From Chitinophagales bacterium (lineage in GTDB: Bacteria; Bacteroidota; Bacteroidia; Chitinophagales; JADIYW01): a stretch of DNA of 64,000 bases. Of the stretch, positions 49,934 to 59,458 are shown piece by piece (the stretch's first letter is position 1; every line of letters starts with the position of its first letter). Below the pieces are notes generated by a model. It was not told the DNA's origin. It did no database searches and saw only the letters and a program-made list of their open reading frames with translations. Position numbers and translations under genes: made by a program. Location: the NCBI GenBank assembly GCA_046329775.1, contig JAXLTX010000003.1:405391-469390 (forward strand), in the 5' to 3' direction.

Positions 49934-52900
49934 TATTTTAAATAGTTATTCTTAAAAAACGTTGCGTACACATCCAGATCCGCCGTCTTCTTCATAAGCT
50001 TGAAATTACCGGGTGATATGATAAAGAAAGATGATTTCGGCAGATTGACCTCTCCGACTACCGTTGCGGCATTTGACTGCAATGCCGTGTAGTATTTCAA
50101 CGCATCTGTGATGCCTTCAAATTTTTTCATCTGAATCACGGCAAAACCTTCAATGAATATCGGATTGATCTTTATCTTCTGGTCGTTGAAATTTTTCTTG
50201 TTGAATTTCTGTATGCCCACCACAATATCCGACACCTTTATATACTGATCTTTCAGTTGAATCAACACAAGCAGGTCGGTGGTATCCGTATTGAACTTAT
50301 TGGAAATGGAATCTTTGATTTTAGGTGTCTCCGGTGCATTCATTGCCTGCAGGGTAGAATCGTTCAGTTTGCTTTCAAACTGAATATAGGTAATGAGATA
50401 ATCCTGCGCCTTTTTCTTGATCTCCCCATCTTTATATTTCAGGATGATATCCGATAAGGCGGTTTTATAGGCATCAAATTTTTTCAGTTTCCCGTAAGAA
50501 ACGGCTTCCAGAAACTCAAACTGCGGAAGTTGCTGTGAACCTGGGAATTTTGTCTTGGCAATGAAACGGTTTTTAATGACCTGTTCATAATTTTCACTCT
50601 GGAACAGTTGGTACGTAGAGGCATACAATTTTTCAACCGTTTCGACATTGGCATCTTCCGTCACCGTTTTACCGGCATTGTTCAACACATCCGCCACTTC
50701 GCTTAGCGGATAATTTTCCAGTATATAGTCTTTCTCTTTCTGGGCCAGTCCTTTCAGATTCTGATCATTGTAGATGAGGTATTCGTAGTAATGTGCTATC
50801 GCATCAAATTCGCTGTTCGGGTATCTGCGTATCAGTTCATCAAAGGCCTGCTTGGCTTTTGGTATGTTGTTGAGTTTATTCCTGAAGATCTCTCCTTTGC
50901 CGAAGAATGCATTTGCGATTTTGGTATCCGATTTCATGAAGTCTTCAGGTGTCTTGGGAATTTTCAGCGAATCGGTTGCCGCAACGCCTGCGGTATTGGT
51001 GGTTTTCTTTTTCGTTATGCTCTTGGTGGTATCCTGTACGTCGACCTGCGGTGTGTCTTCATCCTCAAAAAAAACGGAACGATTGCTTCTTCTCCAGTTT
51101 TCCTCCAGCTTCCTGTCTCCCCAGATACGGATAAACTCATTGTAGCCTTTGCTTTTTGCTTCCGGATTATAGAAGTACCATAAGCCATTCGAAATAGCAT
51201 CTTCGGGTACAAACGAAGTTTGCTGAAAACTGTTCTCGCCGCCATCCGAACTGAATCTTGATTTTTTCTTATCTTCTTTTTCCTGCTTCGCTTTTACTTC
51301 CGCAATATACTTATCGAGGTCTTTTGGGCTCATTTTGCCAAGGCGTTGTAAACTATCCTGTTCCGCGATGGTTCTCACATAGGTTGCCAGTTCGTTGAGG
51401 ACATCCTTTCTGCCGGAAATCTGCGCATAATTTTCGAATGTATTCGGAAGATAGACAATCGCACTGTCGTAATATACGGCAGCCTGTTCATAAGCTTCCT
51501 TGTCAAAATAGATTTTGCCCAGGCGCAGGAATGATTTCCCTTTCTGTTCATTGTTTCCGATGGATTTCTTAACGGATTTCTGCAGATAGGCGATGGCATT
51601 CGTGGTATCTTTTCGATAGTAGTAATAATTTGCAATCGTATACAACACCTCATCGGCATGGTCCTTATTCTTACCGAATTTTATCAATTTGGTCAGCATT
51701 TTCACGATATCCTGATCTGCCAGGTCGGGATTTTCGCTGTATAGTTTCGCGAGCTGAATCTGAGAGAACAGATTGAGTTCTTCCGTTTTCGTATGCTTGC
51801 CTGCTTTCACAAAATAATCTACCGCATCTGCAGGCTGGTTATTTTTCTGATACAGTTGTGCCAGCAGGTATTCATAGTAAGCTTTTTCCTTTTTCTTTTT
51901 GAAATACAGCATGGCGGTTTCCAATTCCTCAATGGCCGGTGAGAAATCGTTTCTTCGAACGTTGTAATAAGCATCTATGAGGTAGAATTCTCGGCGTTGT
52001 TTTTTCGTAAGCTTACGAAGTGCCTTACCGTAAGATATCATACTTTTTGCATCGGCATAGTTGCCAAGTTCAATCAATGATTTTGCCATCCAGACGATCG
52101 CTTCCGGGCGTGATGGTTTATGCTTTATCTTTTCCCAGGTAGTCAGCTTATCGAATTTGGCTTCCTTTTTAGGGTCAAGATCTTTCAGCGGATTCTGATT
52201 TTTCCTGTCGCCGGTAGTGTCCTTATAGTAAGGATTAGCCACATACTGATCTCCCAACAGCACATAGGGCAGGTTTTTATCAAATTTAGGCTTCTCCGTT
52301 TTCTTGGCACTCGTGTTGGCGTTCAGCACCGTAGAATCAATTTTAGTGGTCTTTGCTTTTGCTTTTTCAATAAGTTCCGCCGGTATCTTTTTGCCTTTTT
52401 TCTGCAGTTCTATGATTTTCTTCTTAGCCTTAATGATTTCCTCCAGTTCCTTTTTCTTTTTTGCGATGGCTGCTTCCTGTTTTTCACGGGCTGTTTTAGC
52501 CTTTTGCTCGGATTCCTCCTGTTGTTGTTTATATTTCAGTTCTATAAACTTTTTCTTCTCCCCCATTTGCTTGGCCAGTTCCTTTTGTCGCTGGCGGATA
52601 TACTTCAAGCGGTCTTTATTGCTGTATTCCAGCTTAAGGTTCATCTTGCCGGGTTTCATCGTGGTGACGATGTACTGAAACGTGATCAATGAGGTATCGA
52701 ATTGCTGACGCAAGAACTGTGACTTGCCGAGCAGCAGGAAAGCATTATCTCTCCAGCGGCTGTAATCATGCAATTGCAGTACAATTCCCGTTTTCTTGGC
52801 CACGGTCTCCAGGTCTGCCGTGTAGGCGGAGAAATCCGCCTGGTCGTGATAATAAAACGGTAATAACTTATTGTAATCTATCTGACGTTGAAATTCATAG

Positions 52901-53103
52901 GTGCGCACCAGTTCCTTGTACAACTCACTGGCATTGAAATAATAATTATTACGGGTCGTCAAATCGCCCCATGCTCGTTTTACGATGTTTGGCTTTTCGT
53001 ATTGAGATGACGTTTTCTTCTTGTTATCAGCAAACAGGTCTGCTGAGATAAAGCAAACGCAGCTTAATAATAAAAACAGATTTTTAACAGTAGATAGACG
53101 CAT
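49933..53103 (-). CDS. Large TPR-repeat protein with a K/E-rich coiled segment (possibly an SprE/PorW-like gliding/T9SS-associated lipoprotein)
   Basis: This is a 1056-aa ORF with a signal peptide containing Cys (LLLSCVCF). It has multiple TPR-like repeats. Its stop overlaps the PBP1A start (TAATG). The SprE/PorW assignment is only a guess. Confidence 0.5.
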   Translation of the reverse strand: MRLSTVKNLFLLLSCVCFISADLFADNKKKTSSQYEKPNIVKRAWGDLTTRNNYYFNASELYKELVRTYEFQRQIDYNKLLPFYYHDQADFSAYTADLETVAKKTGIVLQLHDYSRWRDNAFLLLGKSQFLRQQFDTSLITFQYIVTTMKPGKMNLKLEYSNKDRLKYIRQRQKELAKQMGEKKKFIELKYKQQQEESEQKAKTAREKQEAAIAKKKKELEEIIKAKKKIIELQKKGKKIPAELIEKAKAKTTKIDSTVLNANTSAKKTEKPKFDKNLPYVLLGDQYVANPYYKDTTGDRKNQNPLKDLDPKKEAKFDKLTTWEKIKHKPSRPEAIVWMAKSLIELGNYADAKSMISYGKALRKLTKKQRREFYLIDAYYNVRRNDFSPAIEELETAMLYFKKKKEKAYYEYLLAQLYQKNNQPADAVDYFVKAGKHTKTEELNLFSQIQLAKLYSENPDLADQDIVKMLTKLIKFGKNKDHADEVLYTIANYYYYRKDTTNAIAYLQKSVKKSIGNNEQKGKSFLRLGKIYFDKEAYEQAAVYYDSAIVYLPNTFENYAQISGRKDVLNELATYVRTIAEQDSLQRLGKMSPKDLDKYIAEVKAKQEKEDKKKSRFSSDGGENSFQQTSFVPEDAISNGLWYFYNPEAKSKGYNEFIRIWGDRKLEENWRRSNRSVFFEDEDTPQVDVQDTTKSITKKKTTNTAGVAATDSLKIPKTPEDFMKSDTKIANAFFGKGEIFRNKLNNIPKAKQAFDELIRRYPNSEFDAIAHYYEYLIYNDQNLKGLAQKEKDYILENYPLSEVADVLNNAGKTVTEDANVETVEKLYASTYQLFQSENYEQVIKNRFIAKTKFPGSQQLPQFEFLEAVSYGKLKKFDAYKTALSDIILKYKDGEIKKKAQDYLITYIQFESKLNDSTLQAMNAPETPKIKDSISNKFNTDTTDLLVLIQLKDQYIKVSDIVVGIQKFNKKNFNDQKIKINPIFIEGFAVIQMKKFEGITDALKYYTALQSNAATVVGEVNLPKSSFFIISPGNFKLMKKTADLDVYATFFKNNYLK

Positions 53104-53183
53104 GCTCGTTATAATTCCCTAATTTTAACGCAATTTCTTAAATTTATTTTACTTATTAGAGTGAATTTTATTTAATTCCGTTT

Positions 53184-54047
53184 ATGGCACTAAAAAAACC
53201 GGATTGGAAACAGTGGCGTGACAAGCTAAAGAATGTATATCGCTTCCAGATTGTAGATGAAAAAAGCTATGATGTGAAGATGGTATTGGAACTGAACAGG
53301 CTTAATGTGCTTGTTGGAGTGGGTTTGGTATTGGCTTTTTTTACAGTACTGAACTTTCTGTTCATCGCTTTCACCCCCTTAAAACAGTACATCCCCGGCT
53401 ATGGCTCCTCCTCCGGGAGAAGGGAACTGGTGAGTATGAGTATGAAAACGGAGGAACTCGGAGATATTGTAAATGCTCAGCAGAAATATGTGGCGAATCT
53501 CCAGAACATCCTGAACGACAAAGTGGTGGTAGATGTGGTGCAATCGAACGTTAAGAAATCCAAAGTGGATACCGGTATCCTCAGCATCAAGACAACCGAT
53601 GAGTCCAAATTTGTTCAGGAAGTGGAAAAAGGGCTGAAAAATGCAGAATTACTGGAGTCTGTTCGTGACACCAAGGCTAGCCCATTGGGAAATCTGCAGC
53701 TGGAAAAACCGGTTTCCGGCAAGGTATTGACTAAATTCTCCGACAATAACAATAATGTCACTTTTTCTGCAGCAAACAACGAAGAAGTAAAAGCCATATT
53801 GTCCGGAAACGTAATTTTGACAGGCAACACACCTGAAAGCGGCCATTACATGGTGGTTCAGGCTGAAAATCAATTGGTTTACATATTAAAAAATAACAGC
53901 CAACTTTTAAAGAAAACAGGTAACTTTGTAAACGCAGGGGAAACTATAGCAATTTCGGGTAAGAACAACGCCCTAAAAAACTATATTTGCGTCCTTGAAC
54001 TTTGGTATAGAGGACAAGCAATTGATCCTCAGAAATTTATAAAATAA
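53184..54047 (+). CDS. LytM/M23-like domain protein (apparently degenerate, lacking obvious metal ligands), membrane-anchored
   Basis: This is a 287-aa ORF with one N-terminal TM helix. It has a coiled segment and a C-terminal beta-rich domain resembling EnvC/NlpD-type LytM domains. Confidence 0.45.
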   Translation: MALKKPDWKQWRDKLKNVYRFQIVDEKSYDVKMVLELNRLNVLVGVGLVLAFFTVLNFLFIAFTPLKQYIPGYGSSSGRRELVSMSMKTEELGDIVNAQQKYVANLQNILNDKVVVDVVQSNVKKSKVDTGILSIKTTDESKFVQEVEKGLKNAELLESVRDTKASPLGNLQLEKPVSGKVLTKFSDNNNNVTFSAANNEEVKAILSGNVILTGNTPESGHYMVVQAENQLVYILKNNSQLLKKTGNFVNAGETIAISGKNNALKNYICVLELWYRGQAIDPQKFIK

Positions 54048-54052
54048 ACGCT

Positions 54053-54478
54053 ATGTTCTCTAAAATTGCTCCGAAAAGTAACCTTGAAACCATGGTTGCC
54101 AATAAGATAAATGAAGGTACTGTCATTACCGGTGACATCTCCGCACAGACAGACCTACGCATCGACGGGAAAATCACGGGAAACATTACCTGTGCCTCCA
54201 AGGTGGTCATCGGGTCTTCCGCTCAGATTTTCGGGCACATCAAATGCAATGACCTGACATTGGAAGGTAAGCTGAAAGGCAATCTGGAAGTAAATGGCAC
54301 CTTATTTTTCAGGGCTACAGCCGGTTTTGAAGGCGATGTAAAGTATAAAAAGCTGATTGTGGAAGAAGGTGCCGCCATCAACGGCTCATTGATAAACATT
54401 TCTTCCCTGGTAAAAACCATTCAACAACCTGAACAAAATAATGGACAAGCGAAAGCAAGCATCCAGCAACACGCCTGA
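54053..54478 (+). CDS. Bactofilin (polymer-forming cytoskeletal protein, DUF583)
   Basis: This is a 141-aa ORF with the typical repetitive beta-helix sequence (GTVITGDISAQTDLRIDGKITGNITCASKVVIGSSAQIFGHIKCNDLTLEGKLKGNLEV). Confidence 0.85.
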   Translation: MFSKIAPKSNLETMVANKINEGTVITGDISAQTDLRIDGKITGNITCASKVVIGSSAQIFGHIKCNDLTLEGKLKGNLEVNGTLFFRATAGFEGDVKYKKLIVEEGAAINGSLINISSLVKTIQQPEQNNGQAKASIQQHA

Positions 54479-54665
54479 TAAGAAGTTCAGCAATTGGATA
54501 CTCTATTCAGGTATGGCATTTGAAATGTTTGCCATCATTGGATTGTTTGCCGCTGCCGGATATTTTCTCGATGGCAGACTAAATACAGCTCCGGTATTGC
54601 TTATCCTGCTTTTACTCCTCGGGCTGGCAATTGCATTTTACAGGATTTACAAGCAAATAATCTGA
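54441..54665 (+). CDS. AtpZ/AtpI-like small membrane protein
   Basis: This is a 74-aa ORF with two TM helices (YSGMAFEMFAIIGLFAAAGYFLD...LLILLLLLGLAIAFYRIY). Confidence 0.45.
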   Translation: MDKRKQASSNTPDKKFSNWILYSGMAFEMFAIIGLFAAAGYFLDGRLNTAPVLLILLLLLGLAIAFYRIYKQII

Positions 54666-54672
54666 CTATACC

Positions 54673-55035
54673 ATGCACAAAAAATGGTTCCTGACATTGG
54701 CCGTCATTACCTCTATACTTGTTGTTACCGGCTTCTTCTTAGACAGCTCCATAGCATTCGGATACAGATGGATGACAACAGGAATGAGCATAGTTGCCTT
54801 CATTTACTATTTCATCGTCACCTCATCCAATGAGAAAGACAGCAAAAAGATGATTGGAGGAAATCTTGCGGCCATCGTACTCAAATTCATTCTCTCTGGT
54901 GTCGTCGTCATCCTATACCTCCTGCTCTACGGCATACAGGATCCGCTTGACTTTGCCTTCTTTTTCATGGCATATGGTATTTTCTCTGTAGTAAACTATA
55001 TCTTTTCCTACAATTATAAAATGAACGCAAATTGA
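54673..55035 (+). CDS. Hypothetical 4-TM membrane protein
   Basis: This is a 120-aa hydrophobic ORF. Confidence 0.45.
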   Translation: MHKKWFLTLAVITSILVVTGFFLDSSIAFGYRWMTTGMSIVAFIYYFIVTSSNEKDSKKMIGGNLAAIVLKFILSGVVVILYLLLYGIQDPLDFAFFFMAYGIFSVVNYIFSYNYKMNAN

Positions 55036-55076
55036 CTTTGGCGCATTTTTTGCCTAAGTTTGATAAAATATGATGC

Positions 55077-55619
55077 ATGAAATCAAATCATTCTACACTC
55101 ATTCTGTTTTTTTTGCTGTCATTAGGATTAAGCGCTTTTAAACCACCCAAGAACAGTGCTCCCAAAAATGACATCCTATATTCCAAATACGGCGGAGACA
55201 TCGATAAGATGATGCGTGAGGAACGACGCCTGGACTCACTGGCACATCCGTATCTTTATCAGGTGCCTGAAGAAAAAAAAGAAGGAGCGCCTGCCATTGA
55301 TGATGAGTCTGTCATTCTTGAGAAAGCGGAAATAATGCCGCAATTTCCTGAAGGAGAAAAGGGATTGAAAGATTACATCCAGTCCGGCACAACCTTTATT
55401 CCTGACACATTGGTCGGCAAAAAAGCAAATGTGACCGTCAAATTCTACATCAATACGTTGGGTGATGCCAAAAACCCGAAAGTCGTCAAATCGGACAATC
55501 CTTCATTTGACATACAGGCCATCATGCTCATTGACGGCATGCCGAAATGGACTCCCGGGAAACAGAACGGAAAGGAAGTGAATTGCTATATCACCTTAGC
55601 GCTGAAATACGGTCAATAA
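55077..55619 (+). CDS. TonB C-terminal-domain protein (energy transducer TonB-like)
   Basis: This is a 180-aa ORF. The sequence AEIMPQFPEGEKGLKDYI...V.VKFYINTLGDAKNPKVVKS is typical of Bacteroidota TonB_C domains. Confidence 0.65.
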   Translation: MKSNHSTLILFFLLSLGLSAFKPPKNSAPKNDILYSKYGGDIDKMMREERRLDSLAHPYLYQVPEEKKEGAPAIDDESVILEKAEIMPQFPEGEKGLKDYIQSGTTFIPDTLVGKKANVTVKFYINTLGDAKNPKVVKSDNPSFDIQAIMLIDGMPKWTPGKQNGKEVNCYITLALKYGQ

Positions 55620-55686
55620 AAAGCATCCATCAACATGCATAGACTATTAGCTACCTATTAGCAATTGATTATTTCTCATAAAAATA

Positions 55687-55718
55687 ATGAATGGCGTAGT
55701 GTTTACTACGCCATTCAT
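55687..55718. terminator. Bidirectional terminator between convergent genes
   Basis: A perfect 14-bp stem, atgaatggcgtagt / actacgccattcat, has the loop gttt. Confidence 0.7.
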
Positions 55719-55737
55719 ATTTCTTTGTAATGATACC

Positions 55738-56664
55738 TTAATTTATAATGGGAATCAGCCCTCTTAAGCCCATATCCACCACACTGTCTTCCACCAATGC
55801 ATTGTTCGCGCCATTTAATGGCTGGTAGAGGCCATCTCCGTTTTTATCCTTCCATTCAAAACTTTTATTGGTAGATAAAGAAACCGTGATGACCACATCA
55901 GAAGTTTCATTTCCGGTAATCGTTAAACCGGAAGCCACCGTAAATCTACCTGTGACCACACAAGATCCAGCCGGGATTGGCGAGGTGATGTTAAGCGGAT
56001 TCGGCACAGTGGTAGCATTAGGCGGCGCCTGAAACTCTATTGGTGCCTGTGCCGGAAATGACGGTGGCAGATTAAATAGTTCTACGGCTCCATATCCCTG
56101 CTTTTTCGCGGCATTCACGGTGACCGTCTGCGACCGTACCTTGTATGAAGTCAGATAGGTATTGAAACCTACAAATGAAGCCACATTGCCATCATAGATT
56201 CCGTTTGCTATCGGCAAGGCGTCATTCACATATTTTATCTTGATATCGTAATTCTGATAAGCCAGCGATACACGCAGCCACTTATAAGCGCCGGGTGTTA
56301 TGTTTCTGATAGGAACTGAAAAAAATGCCTCATTGTTACCGGCAAATACAGCCTTGGAAAAATCAATCGCCAGAGAACTACCGGAACCCACTTCTGCCGC
56401 TTTGTACAATATGTTTCCGGTACCCAGCGGCGACAAAGAATCGGGAGCCAACTCTATGTAATGTGCAGACATGGAGTGAAAAACCGGAGATTGGGCCGCA
56501 TGACCAGCAGGCAATGTGGACGGATTTCCAAAATTATTCAATCGCACCTGTGTGGAATCAAATCTGAACTTAAATATAAGCTTCGGCCCCGTATCTTCGG
56601 AGGGTTTGGTACAGGAAACTGCCAGCAGTACAAATGCGGCAACGGTGATAAATGTGTGTCTCAT
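55738..56664 (-). CDS. Hypothetical lipoprotein
   Basis: This is a 308-aa ORF with the lipobox-like segment LLAVSC. It is beta-rich. No family was recognised. Confidence 0.55.
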   Translation of the reverse strand: MRHTFITVAAFVLLAVSCTKPSEDTGPKLIFKFRFDSTQVRLNNFGNPSTLPAGHAAQSPVFHSMSAHYIELAPDSLSPLGTGNILYKAAEVGSGSSLAIDFSKAVFAGNNEAFFSVPIRNITPGAYKWLRVSLAYQNYDIKIKYVNDALPIANGIYDGNVASFVGFNTYLTSYKVRSQTVTVNAAKKQGYGAVELFNLPPSFPAQAPIEFQAPPNATTVPNPLNITSPIPAGSCVVTGRFTVASGLTITGNETSDVVITVSLSTNKSFEWKDKNGDGLYQPLNGANNALVEDSVVDMGLRGLIPIIN

Positions 56665-56692
56665 AAGATTATTTTCGACGTAAAATTACACT

Positions 56693-57460
56693 TTAAATAC
56701 CAAACAAATCACGGGCATTTTGGGTGGTGATGGCTGCCACCTCATCCAATCCCTTTTCATATACGGAACATAACGTTTCCGCCACCAGTTTAGTATAGGC
56801 GCTTTCATTTCTCTTGCCCCGATATGGCACCGGCGGCAGATAGGGAGCATCGGTTTCCAGTACAATCCTATCCAAAGGAAGTTGCTTTAAGGTATCCCGA
56901 AGATGCGTGTTTTTATACGTTACCACACCGCCAATACCAAGGTAAAAACCCAGTTTTAAAATTTCACGTGCTTCTTCTATACTTCCAGTAAAACAATGAA
57001 ACACCCCACGAGGATGCTGTTTTCTTTTTTTCAGCGTGTCAATCAGGATATGGGTGGCATCTCTGGAATGGATGGCTATGGGCAGATTCTTCTCCATGGC
57101 CCAATCGCATTGCAATTCAAATGCCTCTTTCTGTATATCCAATGTCGTCTTATCCCAATATAAATCGATACCGATTTCTCCCACTGCTACAAACTGCCCG
57201 TTATCCAGCGTATGCTTAATGGTTTCCAGTTCCTGTTTATAGGTTTCGGGTTTTACATAACAAGGATGCAAGCCTATCATGGGAAAAACATGTTCGGAAA
57301 ACTGTTGCACCAGCTCCATCATACCCTTAATGGTTGTAGCATCCACATTCGGAATGATCATCTTGGAAACCCCGTTATCTATGGCACGTTGTATCATCTC
57401 CGTCCGGTCTGCATCAAACTGCTCTTCGTACAGATGTGTATGGGTATCTACTAAAATCAT
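56693..57460 (-). CDS. tatD: TatD family metal-dependent hydrolase
   Basis: This is a 255-aa ORF with the N-terminal DTHTHL motif, GEIGLD-like GEIGIDL, and HSRDA and HCFTG motifs. Confidence 0.85.
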   Translation of the reverse strand: MILVDTHTHLYEEQFDADRTEMIQRAIDNGVSKMIIPNVDATTIKGMMELVQQFSEHVFPMIGLHPCYVKPETYKQELETIKHTLDNGQFVAVGEIGIDLYWDKTTLDIQKEAFELQCDWAMEKNLPIAIHSRDATHILIDTLKKRKQHPRGVFHCFTGSIEEAREILKLGFYLGIGGVVTYKNTHLRDTLKQLPLDRIVLETDAPYLPPVPYRGKRNESAYTKLVAETLCSVYEKGLDEVAAITTQNARDLFGI

Positions 57461-57463
57461 CCG

Positions 57464-58102
57464 CTACAAAGTTAGCAAATCCGACTTTAAGCCTTTGTTA
57501 TAAATGAAATCCAACCAGAATGGAAGGCAATATGTTAAATGTTTCCGGGCCTTTTCATTATCATGCAGGCAAATGATATCTCCGGATTTCATCTGCTTCA
57601 TCAGGTTGCTGCAGCATTGCTCCGAAGAAATCGTTTCATCAAAATCACCGGGCATCAGACTCCAGTTAATGATTTGAGCATCAGGAATTCGGGATTTGAG
57701 ATTGGAGATCTGGGATTTTTTTATTTTTCCGTATGGTGGACGGAACAACGTGTTTTCATACCCGATCTGCTTCGATATCTTCTCCGCATTCATGACATCT
57801 TCCAGATACGTTTCTGTATCGGTTTTCCAACCATTCAGATGATGATAACCATGACTGCCCACTGCATGTCCCTCTGCTATAATCTGCCGGACAATTTCAG
57901 GGTATTTTTCTGCATTTTTACCCAAACAGAAAAATGTTGCTTTTGCGTTGTATTTTTTCAGTTGCTCGAGAATCCATGGGGTGATTTCCGGGTGAGGACC
58001 GTCATCAAAAGTAAGATATATCGTCGGGACATTAGCGCTTAGCTCCCAGATGATTCCGGGAAGTAATTTCTTTACCAGATATGGTGTGCGAACGAAGTAC
58101 AA
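57464..58102 (-). CDS. Polysaccharide deacetylase (NodB homology domain)
   Basis: This is a 212-aa ORF with the TFDDGP motif and HGYHH. Confidence 0.8.
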   Translation of the reverse strand: MYFVRTPYLVKKLLPGIIWELSANVPTIYLTFDDGPHPEITPWILEQLKKYNAKATFFCLGKNAEKYPEIVRQIIAEGHAVGSHGYHHLNGWKTDTETYLEDVMNAEKISKQIGYENTLFRPPYGKIKKSQISNLKSRIPDAQIINWSLMPGDFDETISSEQCCSNLMKQMKSGDIICLHDNEKARKHLTYCLPFWLDFIYNKGLKSDLLTL

Positions 58103-58210
58103 GTTTTAATGTGATGTAATGATTCTGAAGTGTAATTTAATAATAATATTCCATTCCTCGGTTTTTCGGAAAAATCTTGCTATTTTATTGCTTTGAACAC
58201 TTCACTCAAG

Positions 58211-59449
58211 ATGATACGAAAAGTCAAGACCATATTACGTGACTGGTGGGATAGAGAATGGAATTTCTCCCGACCTTACGAACGCCTGTATCTGCTCATC
58301 ATCGCTGTTGGGGTGGTGTATACTTTTCTGGAAATTTTCCTGAAATTCGGCAATCCCGGTGTGAAATTCGGGATTGAAGACATCATCCCCTTTCTTCGTG
58401 ACCAGATTTCTTATAACGCACCCGATCTTGTTAAGAGGTACTTTCCATATGTATGGGCAATCGTTGCATTGAGCTGCTACAGCTTCAGGGTGTACATGAT
58501 CATTGCTTCATATTTCAGTTCGATGAAGGCTTTTAACCCGCAGAACTTTCAGCGTGACCTGGTGGTATATCTGTCGGCCGGGCTCATGGCCTTGGCGTCG
58601 GTTTTTCTGCTGTTCAGGCTCATCGGTTTCATTTTCTGGTTAAGCGGGCATGATTATATGACAGGTGTACATCTTATACAAATCTTCATAGAAAAGTGCA
58701 GGTTGTTTGTCAATGCATACGTGCCTACCATTGTTAATTTACCTTATCCTGTGGCATTACTCAGTATCCTGATGGGATTGACATTGAGTTCTCTGAGTGG
58801 CTATTTCGTGCATTGGCTGACACATCAATCCCGATTCTTATGGCTCACCACACACCGACCCCATCACCTGCCGGAAATGCTGCATCCGCTGGGTGCTCCA
58901 CTGGCATTCAATTTTGATTTTCTGCTGGTCATACCCAGCCTGATTTTCAATGTACTTTTCACCAAACTGTTCTATGCAGACTCCCTGATACTGGAAACAA
59001 CCATCATCCTCATATTCTACTATCATTTCGAAATCTATAATCATATGGCCACGCATTATGACATTTCATTTCGAAACAAACTGGTCCGTTTTTTCTGCGA
59101 TATCACCGGATCCGGCATTTACCATTACATGCATCATACTTCTGAAGAAGGAAAAGACGCCGTCAATCTGGGCGGTGGAATGTTTCTGATATGGGACAGG
59201 ATCTTCGGCACCTATGCTCAACCTCCCGCCATTAAACCTAACACCGGACTGACCAACAACCCAACAGTTATCATGAATCCGTTCCGTGTCAACTTCAGCG
59301 GTTTTGCGCAGCTTTGGTACGAACTGAAACACAACCGAGATTTTAAAACGCGGTGGCGAATCATCTTCGGAAGCATTTGGTATATTCCACCCCATACCAA
59401 AGAATACCTTATTACAGGTTATCCATCCCAAAAAAAGAATCCGGCATAA
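58211..59449 (+). CDS. Fatty acid hydroxylase / sterol desaturase superfamily membrane protein
   Basis: The histidine boxes are HWLTHQ, HRPHH and HHYMHH. An N-terminal extra polytopic segment is present. The start ATG at 58211 is preferred over the TTG at 58193. Confidence 0.75.
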   Translation: MIRKVKTILRDWWDREWNFSRPYERLYLLIIAVGVVYTFLEIFLKFGNPGVKFGIEDIIPFLRDQISYNAPDLVKRYFPYVWAIVALSCYSFRVYMIIASYFSSMKAFNPQNFQRDLVVYLSAGLMALASVFLLFRLIGFIFWLSGHDYMTGVHLIQIFIEKCRLFVNAYVPTIVNLPYPVALLSILMGLTLSSLSGYFVHWLTHQSRFLWLTTHRPHHLPEMLHPLGAPLAFNFDFLLVIPSLIFNVLFTKLFYADSLILETTIILIFYYHFEIYNHMATHYDISFRNKLVRFFCDITGSGIYHYMHHTSEEGKDAVNLGGGMFLIWDRIFGTYAQPPAIKPNTGLTNNPTVIMNPFRVNFSGFAQLWYELKHNRDFKTRWRIIFGSIWYIPPHTKEYLITGYPSQKKNPA

Positions 59450-59458
59450 ACAGAAGTC

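Noticed and set aside
52120-52692. Plus-strand ORFs of 190 and 124 aa inside the TPR protein gene.
   Set aside because: They lie antisense to the K/E-rich segment of the 1056-aa ORF and give low-complexity F/L-rich translations. They are shadow ORFs.
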